DNA of 64,000 bases from assembly GCA_046563655.1 (NCBI GenBank), contig CM102283.1, forward strand, positions 2,418,001-2,482,000, given 5' to 3'. Within the stretch, counting starts at the first letter, position 1. Each line of letters begins with the position of its first letter. Under the pieces are notes generated by a model. It saw only the letters and a program-made list of their open reading frames with translations, was not told the origin of the DNA and searched no databases. Both the position numbers and the translations under genes were made by a program. Source of the DNA: Yuukianura sp. NJ FZ-2021 (taxonomy: Eukaryota). This document shows, one piece after another, positions 12,501-27,500 of the stretch.

Positions 12501-15500
12501 TTTCCAACATATTCTGCAGCTCCTGTCACCAACAGACAAAAACACTTTCCACAAATTCCCACAAACACTGAACAAAAACTTCCCAAAAACAGTTTACACA
12601 AACATAAATTTTCGGAAAAACTTCCGCATCAAATGTTTTACGCAACAGCCAAAATCAGAATCATTTCACTTTGAACTAGTTTCCAGAAAGTCTAACTCTT
12701 CTGTTTCACTGTTTTCAAAATTTCGAAATTAAAACTTTAAATTTCAAATTTGACAAAAAACAAACTTCAAGTTAGATTGTTCACTTTTGGATGAAAAGAG
12801 GAACATTTCGGTTGTAGGTGAAGATGGTACTTTTTAGTTTGTAACTTTCAGGTGAAAACAATAACCTTTCACTTTTAAACTTTTACATAAAATGGCTTTT
12901 CAGTTTGAAACTTTTTATTGAAACGCGAGATTTTCAGTTTTCAACTTTTCAATGAAAACACTGCTTTCCACCTTTGCGATGAAAGCAAGTAACTTTTCAG
13001 TTTTCAGCCTAAAACTTCGACTTTTCGGTTTTCAACTTTGCGTCGAATATGTTATATGCTTTCAGTTTTCAACTTTTTGATGAAAATAGTTGGATTTTGC
13101 ACTTTTGGCTGAAAGGAATAAAAAATGTTTTGAACTTTTGAATTGAAAACAGTAACTTTTTGGACGATGGACGTTTTAGTGAGGCCAAGAGCCACAAAGT
13201 TACTGAACGGCCTGACTGACGGACCAAGCAGGAGAAACTCCCCTTCAACTACAAGCATTTTGGGCTTTCGATGGTAGAGTTCATCCCCTTTAAAACGCTT
13301 GCATGCCAAAAACCTTGGTAAGTGCAGTTGGTAACAGAAAAAAAAACAGAGCTTTTGATATAATTGCAACGAAAAGAACAATGGCAGGAGCCAAGAGATC
13401 AACAGAGATCAGTGCCACTCAACATCTCTATCCACATCTTCAATTACTATAATTAGACCTAATTGCATTTAGGCCATTTTGCATATTGACCCTGGTGACC
13501 TCCACACTTCTTCCAAAAGTAGCAGTGACATGTGTTAAAACATAAGGAACACCCACCCCACAAATGGATGACAGAATCCTTACATGGGAAGTCTCTTTTA
13601 AGATGTCCATCTCAAAGTTCAACTAATTTGCACTTCCGCAACTAATTTACGAGGTTTCTCCTCTACTAGCCAATTCCGTTTTTGCAAATTGGAAAAGAAT
13701 TGGCGGAAGAAGCTCTCTTCACTTCATTAGTCCTCACTCTCCGACGTATTAACCTCTCCCTCACAGATCCTGTTTTCTCCTCAATTTTTAAATCAACCGA
13801 TAGCCAAAGTGGCTTAAACCAATTCTCGGTACTTCATGGACGGATATTTATGGACGAGCAGCTATGGACAGGTACACGTATCGACGGGCACTTATAAATA
13901 GAAACTTAAGAACGGGATGTTCTAGACCTACACTGATGCGAGAATACTTAGACGGACTTCCGACAGCTTTGGACGGAAACTTATGGACGAGCCCATGGAC
14001 GGGCACTTATAAATAGAAAACTAAGAACAGAAATAGGTGGACCTACAATTAAGGACGAGTACTGACAGACGGATCGGGACAGCTATGGACGGGTACTTAA
14101 GAACGAGCACTTAAGGACGAAAGTCTATGGACGGGATACGGACGGACATCAACTCAACAGTCATAGAATCCTACTAACAGACAGCTTCTAAGATTGTTAT
14201 GGACGATGGACGAAATCACATATGCGAAGGCGTATGGACGGAATCTCAAGGACGTAATTTCATGGACGGACTTCCTCGCCAAGATAACCTGGATTTGTGT
14301 AGTTGCGTTCTTTTCTTTTACTAAGGTTTATTAAAGTTAGTTCCCGTCCATTAGTCTACCTGTCCATAAATGTCCGTCCAAGAGCGTCCATCATCCAGTT
14401 TGAAGGTCCTGTTTGCGCAGCCTCAAACTAATCACCAATCCTTAAAATTTAAGTAGCATTGATCTCTGCCCTCGGCAAATTCATTCCACCAAATTACCAA
14501 TTAATTCGCTAAAACCCAAGACATGCAAAAGGAAGACTCAAAAATCAGAAATCCTTCCTAAAAAATATAATTTTCACTTTGGCATTGTTCAATTCACAAA
14601 AAATACTTTGTTCATGAAAAAATTAATGGAAAGGAAAATTTTCCTTTTGTGTCAGTGTCAAATCCTTTTAGGTCTCTCTCCGTTTGTTCCTTGCACAGAA
14701 AAATGAAAAATTGAGAGTTATATTCGCACAGGCGCGAATCTTCTTTAGCCCCAAGTTGTAGAACAAGTTCTTCATCATTTCAAAAATGTGTCTTTGCGCC
14801 ACTTTTCCAAAAACAATGGCCAATGACTTCTCCTTGGTACTTTGTAACTTTAATTTCTTTATACTTAAAAAAAGTTACATCTTACCAAACATTAAGTTTA
14901 GCTTCGAGGCTGTCACGAAATGACAACAGGACGAACCACAAACAAGGGTGGCGCGAAAATTCAAAAATCCCTAATAGATTTTCCAAATTGTCTCTCTTAT
15001 TTTGTGATTCGCTAACCAAACATAGCATGTCAACACGCAAACGCCAAAAATTCAAAACTTCCTTCAAGAAATTGGACGTTATTTTCTGAATTACTGTGAT
15101 TGTGTCTTTCAACGTCGTCCGCATTTCTCTTATTACAAAATTGCAAAATCCAAAAGATAAAAAATCTTTTTTTTTGACGGAAATTTTTGAAAATGATATC
15201 AAAGTAAAGTGTCAGTGGCATCACAAAAGCTTACAACTTTCCGTACATTACGAAAAATTGAGAAAACAATGAGAAGATGGATCAACATGTTAAAAAGAAG
15301 GGAAAAAAAAGTTGAAATTTCCTGCCAATTATAAATAAAAAACCAAAAAACAAAACGAGATTGACAACAATTTTATCCCACACATTAACTAACTTTTTAA
15401 CTTTTAACTTAAGTAAATATGTTATCTCACTTTTAACATCATTATTCATGTTTATAGTGATGTAGATTAGATTAGGTTAGGTTAGAAAGATGTATAGGGG

Positions 15501-18500
15501 TCATCCTGTCATCTGTCCTGAGGTCAATGACCTCCATTTGTAAACACAATTAATCCTTTTACGACTTGGGCGGCACAGACCATTAACCTACTCTAAATCT
15601 TTTTTTAGAACAAAATTCTAGAACAAAAATACACTTTTTCCGAAAAAAAAGAGAGAAGTTTTCCAAAATTAATTAAAGCATTCCCTTGCGCTAAGCTCCA
15701 CTTTTCTAATTTCTTCATTTTGAACTTTGCCGCTCCCTTCTTTCACACATGGCCAAACACATTTTCAAAACACATTCAACCAGAACGCGCCTCTTTTTCT
15801 AAATTTGTCCAGAACTGTTTTGAAACGGCAAACCACGAGTTTAAGAACAAGAAAAAAAAGTTTACCAAAAGATCTTCTCTGGAAAATGTAACTTCAAATT
15901 TTCCCGCTCTGCCTGACTCTACCAGACAATCTCATTTACACTAAATCCGTGTTAGGCATTCTCCTTAACCTGCAGCACTTGCCTCTACAACCAGAAATGG
16001 GCAACGAGGGAACACCGCACTCCGAGCGCAAAGTAATCAAAACCAACAGGAGCGCTTTCGTTCCGCTCAAAATATCTCAGAGTCAGCATAAATTTTGGAA
16101 AGCGCGTGGCCCTGAAGCGTCACTTCCAGTTTAAGAAAACAATTTTTTGAAGAAAAAAAGGCGCCATTCTCAGTTCAAAAAATGATTTGAAAATTGCCGC
16201 TCAAAGTTGACACGTTAAATATCCATGAAAAGTCAAAACTGTTTGCTCGACTTATCAAAAATGCCGAAAACGTTATTATATTTTGGCTTTTATCATTTCA
16301 TAACGTTGTTGAAAGTCTGGTGACACTTTACAATTACTGTCATGCGTTCTTAGCCAAAGGTCAAAGGTCAATGCCCTTCAAGGTCAAACGTTAAATAGCT
16401 TCAGAATGAATCCATTTGGAGCTCAGTTTATCTTCATCATTCTTCACAGTTCATTCAGTTTTTAAAAAGTTCTTTTCAAGAGAGGCATAGGAACGAGTTT
16501 TTTCAAATCTCGAGCCAGATAAAACGCCCGCGAACTTTTGAACTCCTTACTCGTGACACTGATTTTGGAGGCCATCACTTTTTCAAAAAAACAGAAAAAC
16601 TGTTGTTTGAACTTGAAAAAGACGTTACAAGGCCAAGGATATTTCTTCACTCTCTTACATTAGTGCATCTAGTGTCTTGCCAAAGACATTCAAAATTTTA
16701 CTACTTTGACTTGCAAATGGAAAATAATGGCTCACATTTCCAAAACCCATTTCGAAAAAGAAAACAAAAATTTCAAAGTCAAAAACTACGCTTCATTTCC
16801 GTTTCGGAAACATTTCAAAAATCTTATTTTTAGATTTCCAACTAGAAGACCAAACCCCCAACGGCAAAAAAACTTAACTTAAGATTAGAAATTTTTCCTC
16901 TGTTCTAATTGGTAGTTGATGTAAAAGAGGCACGTTAACCTCTGTTCCCGCGCATGTTTCATGAATCTCAATTGAAACGACCATTTTAAAACTGTTTTTG
17001 ATGAGCAAGTCTTTTTTTGAAAGTTTTCTAATTCAAGTTCAAACTTCAGTTTGAACTTAGGGGGAACTTTCCCATTGGTTTTTTTATGATGAAGTTTACC
17101 ATTGGTGTTTTTATGAAGTAGTTTACCATTGGTGTTTTCATGAAGACAATTAATCTCAATTAACTTTAGTTCCTTGCGTGAATTAATCTCAATTAAGCTT
17201 ACCTCGGAAGAGTCATGGTGAAACTGAGCTGCTGGAGAGGAAGTGGACGTGATCTTGAACAAGACGGGGGACGAGGACGTTGACGACGAAGAAGAGGACG
17301 ACGAGTGCCGAGTCATCTCCGAACTCGAGTAAATACTGAAAGTAAAAAAAAAAAGTTTAAAATATTTAAAAAAAAAGTTTCCAACTTTTCCCTCCATTCG
17401 ACTCTAGTCAAATAGTTTTAGTTTTTTAGTTTCTCTTAAATAGTTTTTTTTTAGTTTTAGTTTATTTGAAATAGTTGTTTGGAGTTTTAGTTTAGTTTTT
17501 AGTTTAAAACTTCCATTTTGGGTGTATGGATTGCCAACTCCTCCCTTCAAAACCAGAAGCCATCGATATGATTTACGACACTGATTATTATTGTTTCGCT
17601 CCAACATAAATTTCACTTGAAACAGCCAAATTCAAAATTTCTGAAAAATAATCTGAACATTAGTTCTGGAGAAGAACAAGTGAAGACTTTTTCCGGAAGA
17701 TGACGAATGCTCACAATGCATCTTAAGGTACTTCCGTAAAAGTTAATCAAAGGAAAAGACACTTCCCGTGTAACATCTTTCGTACACTCGTGCAGCTAGC
17801 ACAAGACTTGGCACCAAACTCAAAAAATAGAATCAAAAACACAAATTTTGTGAACTTTTTTTATCATCCGTAGAATTTTTTAATGTCGTTAACTTTGTCT
17901 TTTGCTAAGCATGTGTTGCACTTTGGATTACTCAGCATTCTAAGCGTCTCTTAATTTTTTTGTTAGCTTAATACTATCCGCTCTACTGAGAAAACCACGA
18001 ACCATTTTTATTTTTATATCTTCCCTGATCCATGCTCAGTGCATCTGGATTTTAAAGTTGTGAATTTCGACACTAAAATTCACGATCCGTATCTTTTTTA
18101 TACTTTATAATTTGCCGGATTTGGAAGTTTCAAATTGCGGTGCTAAAATTTGCTCTCCGTATCCATCAAGAAAAAGACGCTAATGTAATCATCTTAACCT
18201 ATCCACACGATTCCACTTTCACAACATACTAAGAAAACCTAACCTTATTCAAATTTTATGTTTTCCCGCAAAAACAGGATCCATAAACTTCCTGGAAGGC
18301 ATATTCGAGAAGCTCCTGACTCATAATTTCCATTTCGCTACGCTAAAGAATCTTTAGTATGATTTGTAAAACTGCTCTTGTTGAAACCCTACACGTTGTA
18401 ACTCATAAAGCGTCAATATTTTACCACAAAACACAATTTTTTTTCTACTTTCATGAACAAATTTCATACGCAACGCTCCTAGAAAAATTTAACTCACTAA

Positions 18501-21500
18501 AAAAAACGTTAAATATTTTTTTTAATTTCCTAAAAAAAAATTATGAAAAAAATTCCTGAGAAATCCCGTCTCGCCATGAATCCCTGACAAAAAAAAACCA
18601 ACAGTTCTCAAAATTAAAAAAAAATCATTTTTTTCTTCTGTTTTTGAAGCCTGGCGCCTAACAGCTTTTAGCGTACTGTTGCTATTCGTAGCAAATTCGA
18701 TGACGGTTGTTCGAAAAAATGCAAATTGAAAAATTGGAAGCGTCTTGACATTTCGAAAAAAAACTCAACTCTGGTTCTCCATTTGTCACTCCATTGCAAT
18801 ATTTCAAATTCAAAATAAACTATTTAATTCAAAATATTCGCCACTTTCAAAGCATACATATTTAACCTCGGCACTCATCCAAAATCCATTACACTTCACT
18901 TTCAAAAAAAAGTTTCAAGAAAGCAACACGTTTTTTCATAATGCTCTTCGTTCACCTGGTGTCGTGCAGACCCAACTTCGCCGGACGATCAACACACATT
19001 TCATTTCCCGGGTTCATTTTCAAAAATTAAATTTTCAAAAACTTTGAAAAACTTTGAAGGAAAGTGCAGGTCAAAAGGTCACGCACAACTTTCACGCCCT
19101 TATCTCACGACAGAGCAAGTCACGTGTCAGAGTTCACCATTTTCTGTTTTCACTCCACTTGTGTTTTCAAATCTCGCAATTTAAGTTATGAATGTAACCT
19201 AACCCGTTAGACGCTTGGTACCCTTAAGTACCCCAAGCTGTGAGCCTTTCATCTCCTTCTGTTCACTTTTGAAACAAGTTTCAATCTTTCAATAATGAAA
19301 AAACTTCGAAAAAACGAAAAAATAGGCCTTAAGGGTCCTAATTGCTCCCAGTCCAGAAATGCCACACAAGACGCAGGGGCCCTTAACTTTTTTCTAAAGT
19401 TATTTTAACAATTGGAAACAAAAAGATCACTTTCGAAGATTAGTTTCACTTTTTCAAAAAAAAAAAGCCACTGGTCACTGCACTCCCTGCAGGCACTCAA
19501 TTCCAGAATTTCAGAATTTAAGTTTTCAAAAGTTCGGAAATTTTCTGTTTCCAGAAATTCAGAATTTCGAAGTTTTCAGAGAACACAAAACTGAAAACGA
19601 AGTTGATGAGTACTTGAGCAAAAGCCGTCTGGAAATTCAAGTTTTTTGGTGAGACTCGGGTACTGGAAGATGCGAGATCTTAAAAATCTTGGTCTATTTT
19701 TAGACTTGATCTCCCCAAACAACTTTTTTGCATCAACTTCACACGCACTTCTTTACTTTCTTAAAAGCTCCAAATTTTCAAAAATGGAAGCGCAGACGTC
19801 TGCTAGTCTTGTTCAAAAACTCAAAAGAGGAAAAACCCCAAGTAATTTTTATTCTCTCCAACTCACGTTCAGAACTTACACTTTTCCTTCTCCCCTTTAC
19901 CGTCTTGAAAAATTGTCTTTTTACCCTAAAAACTTCGGGGTCGTGAAAAATCGTTTTTTTTTCTAAACGAAGTACTTTTTCAAAACACCGAACACTTTTT
20001 TTTCTTTTTCGGTAACGATGCCTCCCCCTCTCTCAATCTCCCGGTGGACAGAGGGAGATCACGGAAACTGTGAAGCAGGAGCTGATCAGCGTATTCAGCC
20101 TTCCTGTAACTTCCGACACCAGAAGGGAACTGAAACGGGTTTTGGTTAGGCTACGTTAACCTAAGCTTCTGGAATAGAAGGGGGAGTAACTACGTTGCTT
20201 TCACCATTCCTATCTCTGTAATTCGGAAGAGAAAGTGAAGAAAAAAAAACTACGGCAGCAGGGCTCGTTCCCCCTGCCAATCGATCACAATCCCCCTACC
20301 ACTCCCACGGCGCATCTCCCGAAAAACTCTCAATTTCATCCCAGCCATAATACGAACAACTGAGGCAAGTAGTAGGAGAAACCATGAAATCTTTGGATCA
20401 AACGTACACATTTATATGCACCAGGATCAGAATCCTACTCAATTCAAAGCAGATTTCTTCCTTCTCACAGTAAAAACTTAACGTGAAACTAACCTTAACC
20501 TAACGCAAACTTAATTTTAATCAAAAACCCAACAAAAAATAAAAAAAATGCAACCATCTCCATCAGAAAAAATATTCAAGTCTCCCGATATCGTTAAAAA
20601 ACTGTTCACAATTCTACGCAAATTCAAAAATTTGAAAATTCCAATAACAATTTTTACGACCAAGAAGTTTTGGCGGGAAACAGCTGCTGTGGTGACACAT
20701 CTGATTTGAAAATTTGAAATTTGGAGGGGAGGACTGTGGGAATCGAACCCACGGCGCACTTGTCCAGAAGCGGACCTTTAATCATCAACCTGGAATCATT
20801 TCCATTTCCTGCCGACCAACCACCAGAGTACATTTAAAAAAAGTGTTGAACATGCAATGCAACCAACAAAAACAGTTTCAAACAACAATCGACCTTTAAA
20901 TTCAATTTCCCGCGTAAACCACTACCCATTTTTTGTATACGAGATTTAAAAGTCTCTGACTTTCCCACACTTTTTCGTTTTTCCCGCTTCCTCAATTCCG
21001 TCTGAGTCACGATAGTCAATAGACGACTTAAGCTAATCCACAAGTCAACTGCAGAGGCTCAGGTGTGGGAGCTTTCAAATTCAAAATTTAGAATTTGAAT
21101 CAATTCAAAACAGGCGCTGTTCAGAACAGCCACCCTCAAAAAACTTTAATCATCAGCAGCAGAGACATAACCCTAATGTAAACCTAACGTAAAGCCTAAC
21201 GTAGGCATGACAAGAGAGCTATGGGTTTAGGTAATTGAAGGGGACTCACTGCAAGTCTAAAGCCTAACGACTAAAACTCCCCGAAATTCATGTTTGCCCC
21301 TCTTTTGTTCTCATGCATAAAATAAGAACCTAATCTCCATTTCCAAAATTTTGAAATTTTAAGTTACTCAGTCTAAGCCTATACTCTTGCTCAATTAAAC
21401 TTAATTTTAAATCTGCAAAACTTGGAATTCTAAGATACAAAATAAGTCCACTTCTTCTTAATCCACTTAAGGAATTACAAGCTCCAAAACGTCCATAGCT

Positions 21501-24500
21501 CTGCTAATGTTGCAAAAAGTTCAACAGCAAAAAGTTCAACAACATTTCAGACCATAGAAATCAACTTCACCGCTCACAATTCTGAAATAAAATTTCTGTA
21601 CCTTTTTTCTTTTACTTTTTCGTTTTTTGCCAATTTTGCTTGTCGACCAAGTTGCAGCCTGTCAACTAACCAGTAAAGCCTTTTCTCCATAATTCCAGAA
21701 ACATAAACCTCCACCCAGGCAGATACTAATTACTTTCTCGTGCGTCCATAATTAGTCAAGGAGTGGAGGTATGAAACAAAATGTAGTAAAATATATTAAA
21801 TTAGTATAATATAATAATACCAGACAATGGTAATAAAAAACCTAAACTTTTCCTCCTTTCATTCTCCATTTTCCTAGTGAAAAAGACAAGTTTCGAGTGA
21901 AAGCCTTCCTGCACTTTCCCAAATGAATCTCCCAAATCATTTCATGGAATTTCATTTTCACTTTTCCCCCCGCAGCTTAATTTTCAAAATTTCAAAATCA
22001 GGAATCTCGGAAGAAGACAGAGAACATTCCACAACACAAAAAAATTCTTCTATTGTGTAAACTTTCCAGTCTGAAATATCAAAATTCCGAGTCTCCCTGA
22101 ACTTTGACCTTCTGCTTGCTTTTTCTTTGCAAGTACAGTAGAGAAAGTTAAATAAAATCAACAAACTCTGTTTTGTTAACATTTCTGTAGAGAAACGAGT
22201 GCAAAATAGTTGTTCAAAATACAAAAGTTACAAAAGATACTTTTCCATTTCTCCTACAGAGGAACTGTAAGTACCGAGTTACAAAAGTTATTTCAATAAA
22301 AATTCAACAAAAGAAAAAGCCGTTCTTTCTCTGTCATCTTGCAAGGACATCTCTAGACTCAAAAAACGAAAAGTTCCACAAGACTAAAAACTTTTTTTTT
22401 AAATAAAAATAAGATGAAATGTAATAAAAAATCATGAAAAATGTTCAACCCATTTCCTTCTTCCGAAAACTTCACAAACAGAACTCTTTTTCTGTACAGC
22501 TTAACATAAAATAAAACTTAGTGTATTATAACGATACAGTGGCGTAAACAAAAACTCAAAAATGTGCAGTTTCATTCAAAAAAGTAATGCGAATTTCAAT
22601 TTTCAAAACAAAAAGCTTTCCAAATTTGACTTTTTAATTTTCATCGGATTTTCCTTCATTTTTCCCCCTTTTTTCCCATTTGATGTGATTCGTTTGACTT
22701 TAAAAAAATGAAATTGGTTTTCTTTCTCCAAAGTGAAACCAAATTGTGTCTACTTCTGAGAGAAAATTTTCTGTCTACAAATCTACAAAAAATATTTTTT
22801 TTTATGAAAAAAAAGTCCTCAGACATAATTTTTTCCATTAAAAAAATTGTTGTTGAAGAACTTGAAAACCTACATAAGAATTCAAAGTGTCGCGTGGTTT
22901 TAAAATAAATTGAAGTGCGCCAAAACTTAAAAAAAAACGAAGAAGCCAAACTGAGAAACTGAAAAAACCCATTCTGTTTTGTGACTCACATTCTCTTTTA
23001 ATTTAAAAAAAATATCAAAATTTCCGCGAATTCGAAATTTGGAGCACGTTCTGTTAATAAAATTCAATTAACCGCTCTTTTTTTCCACCCACTAACCATT
23101 CCCCTCCCTTAATTTTCCCTATTACCTAACCGAATTTAGAACTAAACTAACGTCTTTTTCCAGAAACCCGAAAACAGGAAATTAGAAACCAACGTCATTT
23201 TTTATAGAAACCAGAAAATTAGAAAATTCATACAAAAAATGAAAAAAATGCATTCAAAAAAGAAAGAATTCCTCCCACGTATAAGTACCCTTGACACGCG
23301 TCTGAAACCGTAGGAGGGGGCGTACGGCTTCACTTTTTGTTCTTGTCCAAACGAACAATGGAAAGAACGCTGCTCCTAGCGTTGCAAATTTTTTGTGCAA
23401 AATTCTTCCTCCTGACGTCACTTGTGCCAAAATCTCATAAACTCTACACAGGACAAATACTATCAATTTCGCCCACTTTCACCAGCATCCCAGTTTTTGC
23501 AACATCCTAAGATGCCCCACAGCGGCAATGAATGAACCCGCGACAGGAAAGACTATACGCCTCCATATTTCCGATATAAAAATACCGTAAATCTCCGAAA
23601 TTCAAAACTTCCCACCCAGAAATACCGTAAATTCTTTTTAGAAATATAAAAAAATTCGAAAGTTAGCTGCTAAACCTATAGTCAGCCTCTACGGAAATCT
23701 AAAACTAATCAGATTTCCGTTCTGTAATACGATCTCAAAGAAGAATTTCTAAACATAACTTCGTTTTTCCTGAAAATTTCTAAAAATAAAAACCTAATTG
23801 GAAAGTTACGGTATTGGATTATTTTGGAAATGCTAAAGTTAAACAATGGATAAATCAATCATGCCAAAAATAAAAAATAATTTGAAGAACAACCTCAAGC
23901 TCATCCATCTTCGCTTGTGATGTCGACGGAATCCAAGGCACCAAGAGGACATAGTACAAGGACTCAAATTTACTAATGGTTTATGCGCCTGCGCAGAATA
24001 CTTGACATGTGCACAGTTCCTGTTATTCACCTGTGCAGCATTCGTCAACGTCACAAAACTTTTTCAATTGATTCGCTACACAAATAAAAATTTACTTCCG
24101 CACTAATTAATTTCACGACGCAACTTTTTTCTTCTCTCAAAAACTTTTCCGGTTGTCAGAAATTTGAAATTCGCTTTTCACGTATGTTTTTTGTTCTTTT
24201 TAATAAAACAAGAACAAAAAAGTATAAAATTCTAAACACCAAAATTTTCACTGATGTAACTCAGTCTGCTCCTGTTTTAAAAATTTTCAGGATTACGAAC
24301 TTTTGTTTTAAACTTTTGAAAATTCAAACTTTTAAACTCGTTTGAACATTCGAAATTTTGAATTTTTAATTGAACCACCACTTCGAAAGTGCAAAAAGCA
24401 ACTAAACCACACGGCGACAACTGAAATGGCGACACTTCACTTATTCCCGGCTGAGTAAATACTAAAACCCTCTCAGTGACTCAGAAAAAAACGGCATTTG

Positions 24501-27500
24501 AAAAATATTATTTTTAACTTTTTTAGAAAAGGGTAAGCGTTTAGAACAAAAGTCGAGTGCCAAACATTTGCATCGCATCGTACAATGTCCAAAACCACCC
24601 ACTTCCCCATTCCTTCTTCAAAGTTTAGTTTCGAGCAATCCTATTTTTAGTGCCAAATTCCAAAAACTTACTCCCTTCTTAGAAGAAAAAGTTAACACTC
24701 CAGGCGGTTATTTTATTCCATTAAAAAGTACTAATGGGAATCTCTACCATCTTCAAAACCAATTCTGCTCATCAACACCTTCTTAGCTTTATAGCCCTTC
24801 CTGCTCAGGCGCACTAAATCAATCATCTTGTGTTCTAAATTTCTATTCACGAGCAAGTTTAACTTGACTTTCCCACAAATTAATAACCTCCTTAACCAAT
24901 CATGTCACGTTTTCAATCTCACAAAACTGTTTCAACACTTCTCAATACAACAAAGTAACAACTTTTCTTAAAGGTGCGGCGCACACGTCCAGTTTCTCTA
25001 CACTTTCAGAGATCTGTAACAAGTTTCTGAACTTCAGCACATGCGCGAATCATTCAGCAGCCGATTTCTGCTGGTCATGGGATTACATTAACATTGCAAT
25101 TGCAACTTAAGTTGCAATGCTTGTGCTGAAATTTCTGCACAAGCATTTGCATTCCTTTCCTGTACGATTTCTGCCCATGAAAGTATTTTAAAAAAATGAA
25201 TATTTTTTCGTTTTTCTCTTAAAGTAGTTGTCTTCGCATGTGAATTCTTGCAGTATTTTTCTGTACATGTGCGAGAACTACAACTTTCTGCTCATGTGCA
25301 CAAACATATTTTGGGTAAAGCGGAATTGAATACTTATAAATAACCCATTTGCTTACTCATCCAAGTCCAGTAAGAAGCTACATGACGAAATACGTTGAGG
25401 ATGAGGAGACGCCGCCATCTTTGCACTTCCCTCCATCACGTCAGCCAGAAGTGAAACGTCAAGACGCACGTAAAGGTCATGCCACTCTCCCATGTTTTTG
25501 ATTTTGAAGCTTTCCCAAACCTTCTGGGCATGCTCGTAAACTGTATCTTGAATTGGCGTTTCGGTCATGTCATTGAAAAAGGCTTCTTTTGGAGGTAAAC
25601 TTGTCATTTCAAAGTCTTCACAGGATTTCATAAGTGAGTATGGATAAGCGCCTTTCTGGAAGAGAAGATCGATGTTGGCGCCACTGTCGACTTCCTGTTG
25701 GAATTCTTGTCGGGTGACTGGAAAGGTGGCATTTGGGTCTTGACGCATTACCTTAACCAGACCGTCTAGGGATTTGAGTGTGAAGCCGAGACTGTCAGTA
25801 AATCGTAGTTTGTACTTTTCACGTCTTCTCGCATTCCCGACAATGTCTTCATCGTCTTCTTCTTCTTCTTCTGCTTCTCCGGAATACTCTGGAGTAACGG
25901 TCATACACAAGAATTTCTCACTGCTTTTTGGAATAACTTCAACATTTTTGATGATTTTGTCCTCTGTGAGCTTCCCCATTGATTGTACCAGGAAGTGGAC
26001 GTCGTAGGAGGATAAGTTGTGCAGGAATACTGGAAATTCCTTTTTGATTTGAGCTTCAAGATTGCAAAATTGATGTGCCATACCAATATAATTAAAAGGT
26101 GGAAGGTGTGTATGGTGACGCACTCTTGTTTCACCGAAACAAAAGGTTTTTTCACAAAAACAGCATTTTGTTTCGCGTTCTGAAGCTTCACGCTGTTCTC
26201 GGGTCATGTTTTGATCCAGCATTCTCGGAGCAATCTTCTCATATTCGTCAACTTCTTTTTGAAGAGTTTTGGAATATCTGAGAATACTCTCAACAAAGTG
26301 AGCAGCTACGTCTTCATCATCGTCTGTCATGTGGTAGCACTCTCCATAGCGACGGTTACCGTTAAAGTCAACGCAGACCCATGCATATCCACAAGGCTTG
26401 TGGATATTAACACGACGGGTGTTTTCCTTGACTTCTTTTTCTTTTGTGTCTGTCATTTTTGCTTTGTGCCGTTGGCGGCAGACTTCGTGTTCACATGTAG
26501 AGTCAAACTTGTTGAGAAACGCTTCAAAATCCGCGTAGAAGCGGAATGGAATTGGCTGAGTGCGTGCCCACTTGTTAAATTTTAATTCACGGTCATGTTT
26601 TTCTGGATACCGAACTTTTTGGAGTCCGAGCGCTGTACAATAGGGAATGTGTTCTTTTAGTGTCCTTGGAAGAGTAAAGTTTGAAAGACAATTGCGACAA
26701 ATGTGCAACGTATGATGAACATTCGGGGGCTTCATCAGCGCTTCAAGATTTCGGATTAGAAGAAAGTGAGCATTGTTGCCTCGCATCAGACACATCAAGT
26801 CCACGTGAATTTCTTTGGATTCTTTCGAGTTGTAGAGGATTGAAATATTCTCCTGCATACATTTGAACAAGTCGAGGTCTTCCTTTTGGGTGGCCTTTGA
26901 CCTCCGACCCGTAGTCTCGTTTTTTCGCGGTGGAGGACTTGGAGTATCCATGTCATAACCGAGAACTGTTAGTGAGATGTCGGGATTGAGTTGCTCGAAA
27001 CGTGGCAGCTGCTGTAGGGACATTGGCCAGTGTAAACCTTGAGTGTTTACCTTTGATGCGTGTGGGGCGTAAGTTTTGACCTTCTTGTCCACTTTGTAAC
27101 GATTTCTTCCAAGAGTTGCTCCGACTATTTTATCATGAGCGAGAACAGCCCAAAGGAAGCACTTGTTTTGAGAGTTTGAGGGTGTCATTTCCCTATTGTC
27201 AATGTTTAACAATGTTTTGTTGTGTTCGGAAAGCGGAAATGGTGTTTCAATAAAAGTTCCAATTTTGGTAAATTGGTATTTGGCGGTAACAAATTTAAAT
27301 TCGGAAATATAGGCCAAGTCCCACCCACTTCCCTCATTCGTGAAATTTTCAATTTGGTTTGACATCTGATGACCCATAATATTCCACACCGTTGGAATAC
27401 TTTCATCAGTGTAAACAAGATGGCGAAATGAGGTGAAACAGCCGCGGTTTGTCTCAACTGTGCCGTTGATATAAGACTTTGTGAAATTACATACCATCGA

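Noticed and set aside
15467-15484. TTAGG/CCTAA telomere-like motifs (also near 1081, 11997, 12386, 34510)
   Set aside because: Only 2-3 units each; too short to call interstitial telomeres.
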